A stretch of 64,000 nucleotides of DNA from Catajapyx aquilonaris (lineage: Eukaryota), in assembly GCA_000934665.2 (NCBI GenBank), contig KZ538002.1, positions 124,001 through 188,000 on the forward strand. Reading direction: 5' to 3'. The notes beneath the pieces were generated by a model. That model was not told where the DNA came from, did not search any database, and worked only from the letters and a program-made list of their open reading frames with translations. Of this stretch, positions 61,961 through 64,000 are shown one piece after another. The translations under genes were made by a program, and so were the position numbers. The stretch's first letter is position 1. The number at the start of each line of letters is the position of its first letter.

Positions 61961-63464
61961 TGATATTTGTTTTCTATCTTGTGTTTTAACAACTTAACTG
62001 TTTTTCATATCAACTTGCCCAAACGCAAAATTCTACGTTCACCTCGCAAAAAAAGTGGAGTGGTGTGGTAAAAAATAAAATGTGATAAAAAGCCTTCATT
62101 AAGATTATCTGGACTACTTTAGAATGGATAATTATGAATCGTAACAATGGAGTTAGGAGGAGACCAAAGTTGAAGTTAATTGGACAGTGAACAACTGAAA
62201 CAAGCATGATTATACCTTGGACAGGGAAATTCTGTGTGGTCTGGTAAAAATAATTGATGCCACTTTGTTTATGTTACTTAGCAGGACAGTAATTTTAATA
62301 ATGAACATGAGGGGCCACGCAAATCCAAAGACTCCATTAAAATTAATTGCAATAAATCTAACACGGGATTTTAAAATGTTTATCGTTGCTTGCAGATATG
62401 AAATGTGAATGAATATAAAAATATAATAAATATAATGAATGAAAATATGAATGAAGGGATATTAAACACCATTTCACATTTAGTTGAAATTTTTATCCTA
62501 GCATATTGGACTGAGGTCTAAATAATGTCATCATATTTTAATTTATTCGTAAATATCACCGTTAAATGTGGTGCAGCAAAATGCAGCAATTTCTGAAAAG
62601 GTCCACGAGCATCCACGAGTCATAAACATTTAAATATTCCGCGTTAGATTTTTTTGTCATTAATTTCAATGCAGTGTTTAGATTTGTGTAGCCCTTCAGG
62701 TTCCTTATCAAAAGTAGTGTCTTGCTAACAAGGGACACTTTCCAAGTGCCACTCGCGGATTTTCATGAAATTTGGTGGGATGAAAAACGCACCTAAAGTG
62801 ACCTGATCAAAATGACCCTATGACAACATTTTGAGGAGGACAGAGGTCAACTCGTCCTAAAACTCCAAATTCCAATTTTTGACGGCGTGGTGTCTTCAAA
62901 TAAATATAATGGGAAATCATGACCTGACGCACCAGTAGACGAAATATCGTGAAATGTTTGAAATATCAAGCAGTTTATAGCCAGAATGTGCTGACTACCA
63001 AAACGGAAGGCATGGCGAGGCCTATTTTGGCAACATCTCAGGATAGTGTGAAACATGTCACCAGCCTCTGTAATTATTGTAAATTACACTATCTAATTGT
63101 AATGCACAAGTTTGAAGTAGGCTATGCCAAGAGATCTGCTCGGCTACCACCGTACTGGTGGCTGATCGCACGGTGACATCACTGTATAGTGAGTAGCCAG
63201 ACGTCCGAGCTTTCCCGACAGTGCTATGTCTCAAAAAGAGAACATAAAGAGGGGTGTAGCCTACTAAAGTACACCTTACGAACAAAATAATATTTGTACT
63301 TATATAGATTGACATTTTCTCAAGACATATTTATGTCAACACAGCACTGTTGGACAGATATAAAATGCTTTCTTACTGGACGAAACTTACTTGTAAAACA
63401 AAAAAACCGCAATGGAAAAATTTTAAAGACAGTATGAAACAAAACTAAAAATATTACAGATCCA

Positions 63465-64000
63465 TAAAAAAACTTCCATAAGTCGAACTTCCCTAAGTCG
63501 AAGTTCTCTATAAGTCGAAGAAAATGATGAGCTTGGTTGGTCACAATGTAAAATAATAAGAAATACACTTCCCTAACTCGAAGTTCTCCATAACTCCAAG
63601 TGGAGGCAGGGCCTTACGATGCATTTTCAGTCTCCCTAAGTCGAAGTTCATGTTGGCGAGTACGGAAAATTGTCTCATTTCCCAGCCGAAGGGTCGAGAG
63701 TACAGGCCACAGAAAGGCTCTTTCCTGATCTCCGTATATCTAAAGAAGTGTCTGACTCGAATGTGACAATTGCATCTTTTATTAAGAGTGAGAGCCGATC
63801 TAAGAGTAGACAAAATAATGTCCATAACGGAGTTTTTTTTTACAACAAAACAACGAGGAACATTGTAAGTGTGATAGTGATAGTTATTTTTAAGTTTTGA
63901 ACACCTTTTGTCGCTGGATATAAAGGTAGGCTTCCTTATAGAGTTCTGTGCTTTAAAAAAGCCAAACTTCTCTAACTCGAATCTTCTATAACTCGAAGTT
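63465..64000. mobile_element. pogo-like MITE running off the right edge
   Basis: Repeated ctaagtcgaag/ctaactcgaag subterminal motifs at 63468-63650 and 63965-64000. The right part is homologous (inverted) to 54134-54242. Confidence 0.7.

Overview
Eukaryotic, animal and probably arthropod genomic DNA; nothing here looks prokaryotic. The one clear gene is a dachsous (ds) protocadherin on the minus strand. Its first large coding exon (43193->41418) encodes a signal peptide, five complete cadherin repeats and the start of a sixth, and ends at a phase-0 GT donor. I could not find the next exon (expected to start VSASDPDCGVN) by eye, so the intron probably runs more than 41 kb off the left edge. 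About 26 kb into that intron, on the gene's strand, is a textbook recursive-splicing ('ratchet point') module: branch point, polypyrimidine tract and CAG|GTGAGT, then a second perfect donor (GTAAGT) 49 nt later. The 49-nt cryptic exon so defined carries an in-frame stop. This is the most interesting element in the window. A candidate non-coding 5' exon and promoter (about 47.6-47.95 kb) and a 23-codon uORF lie upstream of the ds ATG. The rest is intronic or intergenic DNA. It contains many palindromic MITEs (Tc1/mariner-pogo, Harbinger, hAT and Chapaev3-like), a 561-bp near-perfect foldback nested in a Helentron/DINE-like element, a tRNA-derived SINE with a 16-bp TSD, decayed LINE fragments, microsatellites and several transcription-factor-motif clusters. 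All calls were made by reading the sequence; no database searches were run.
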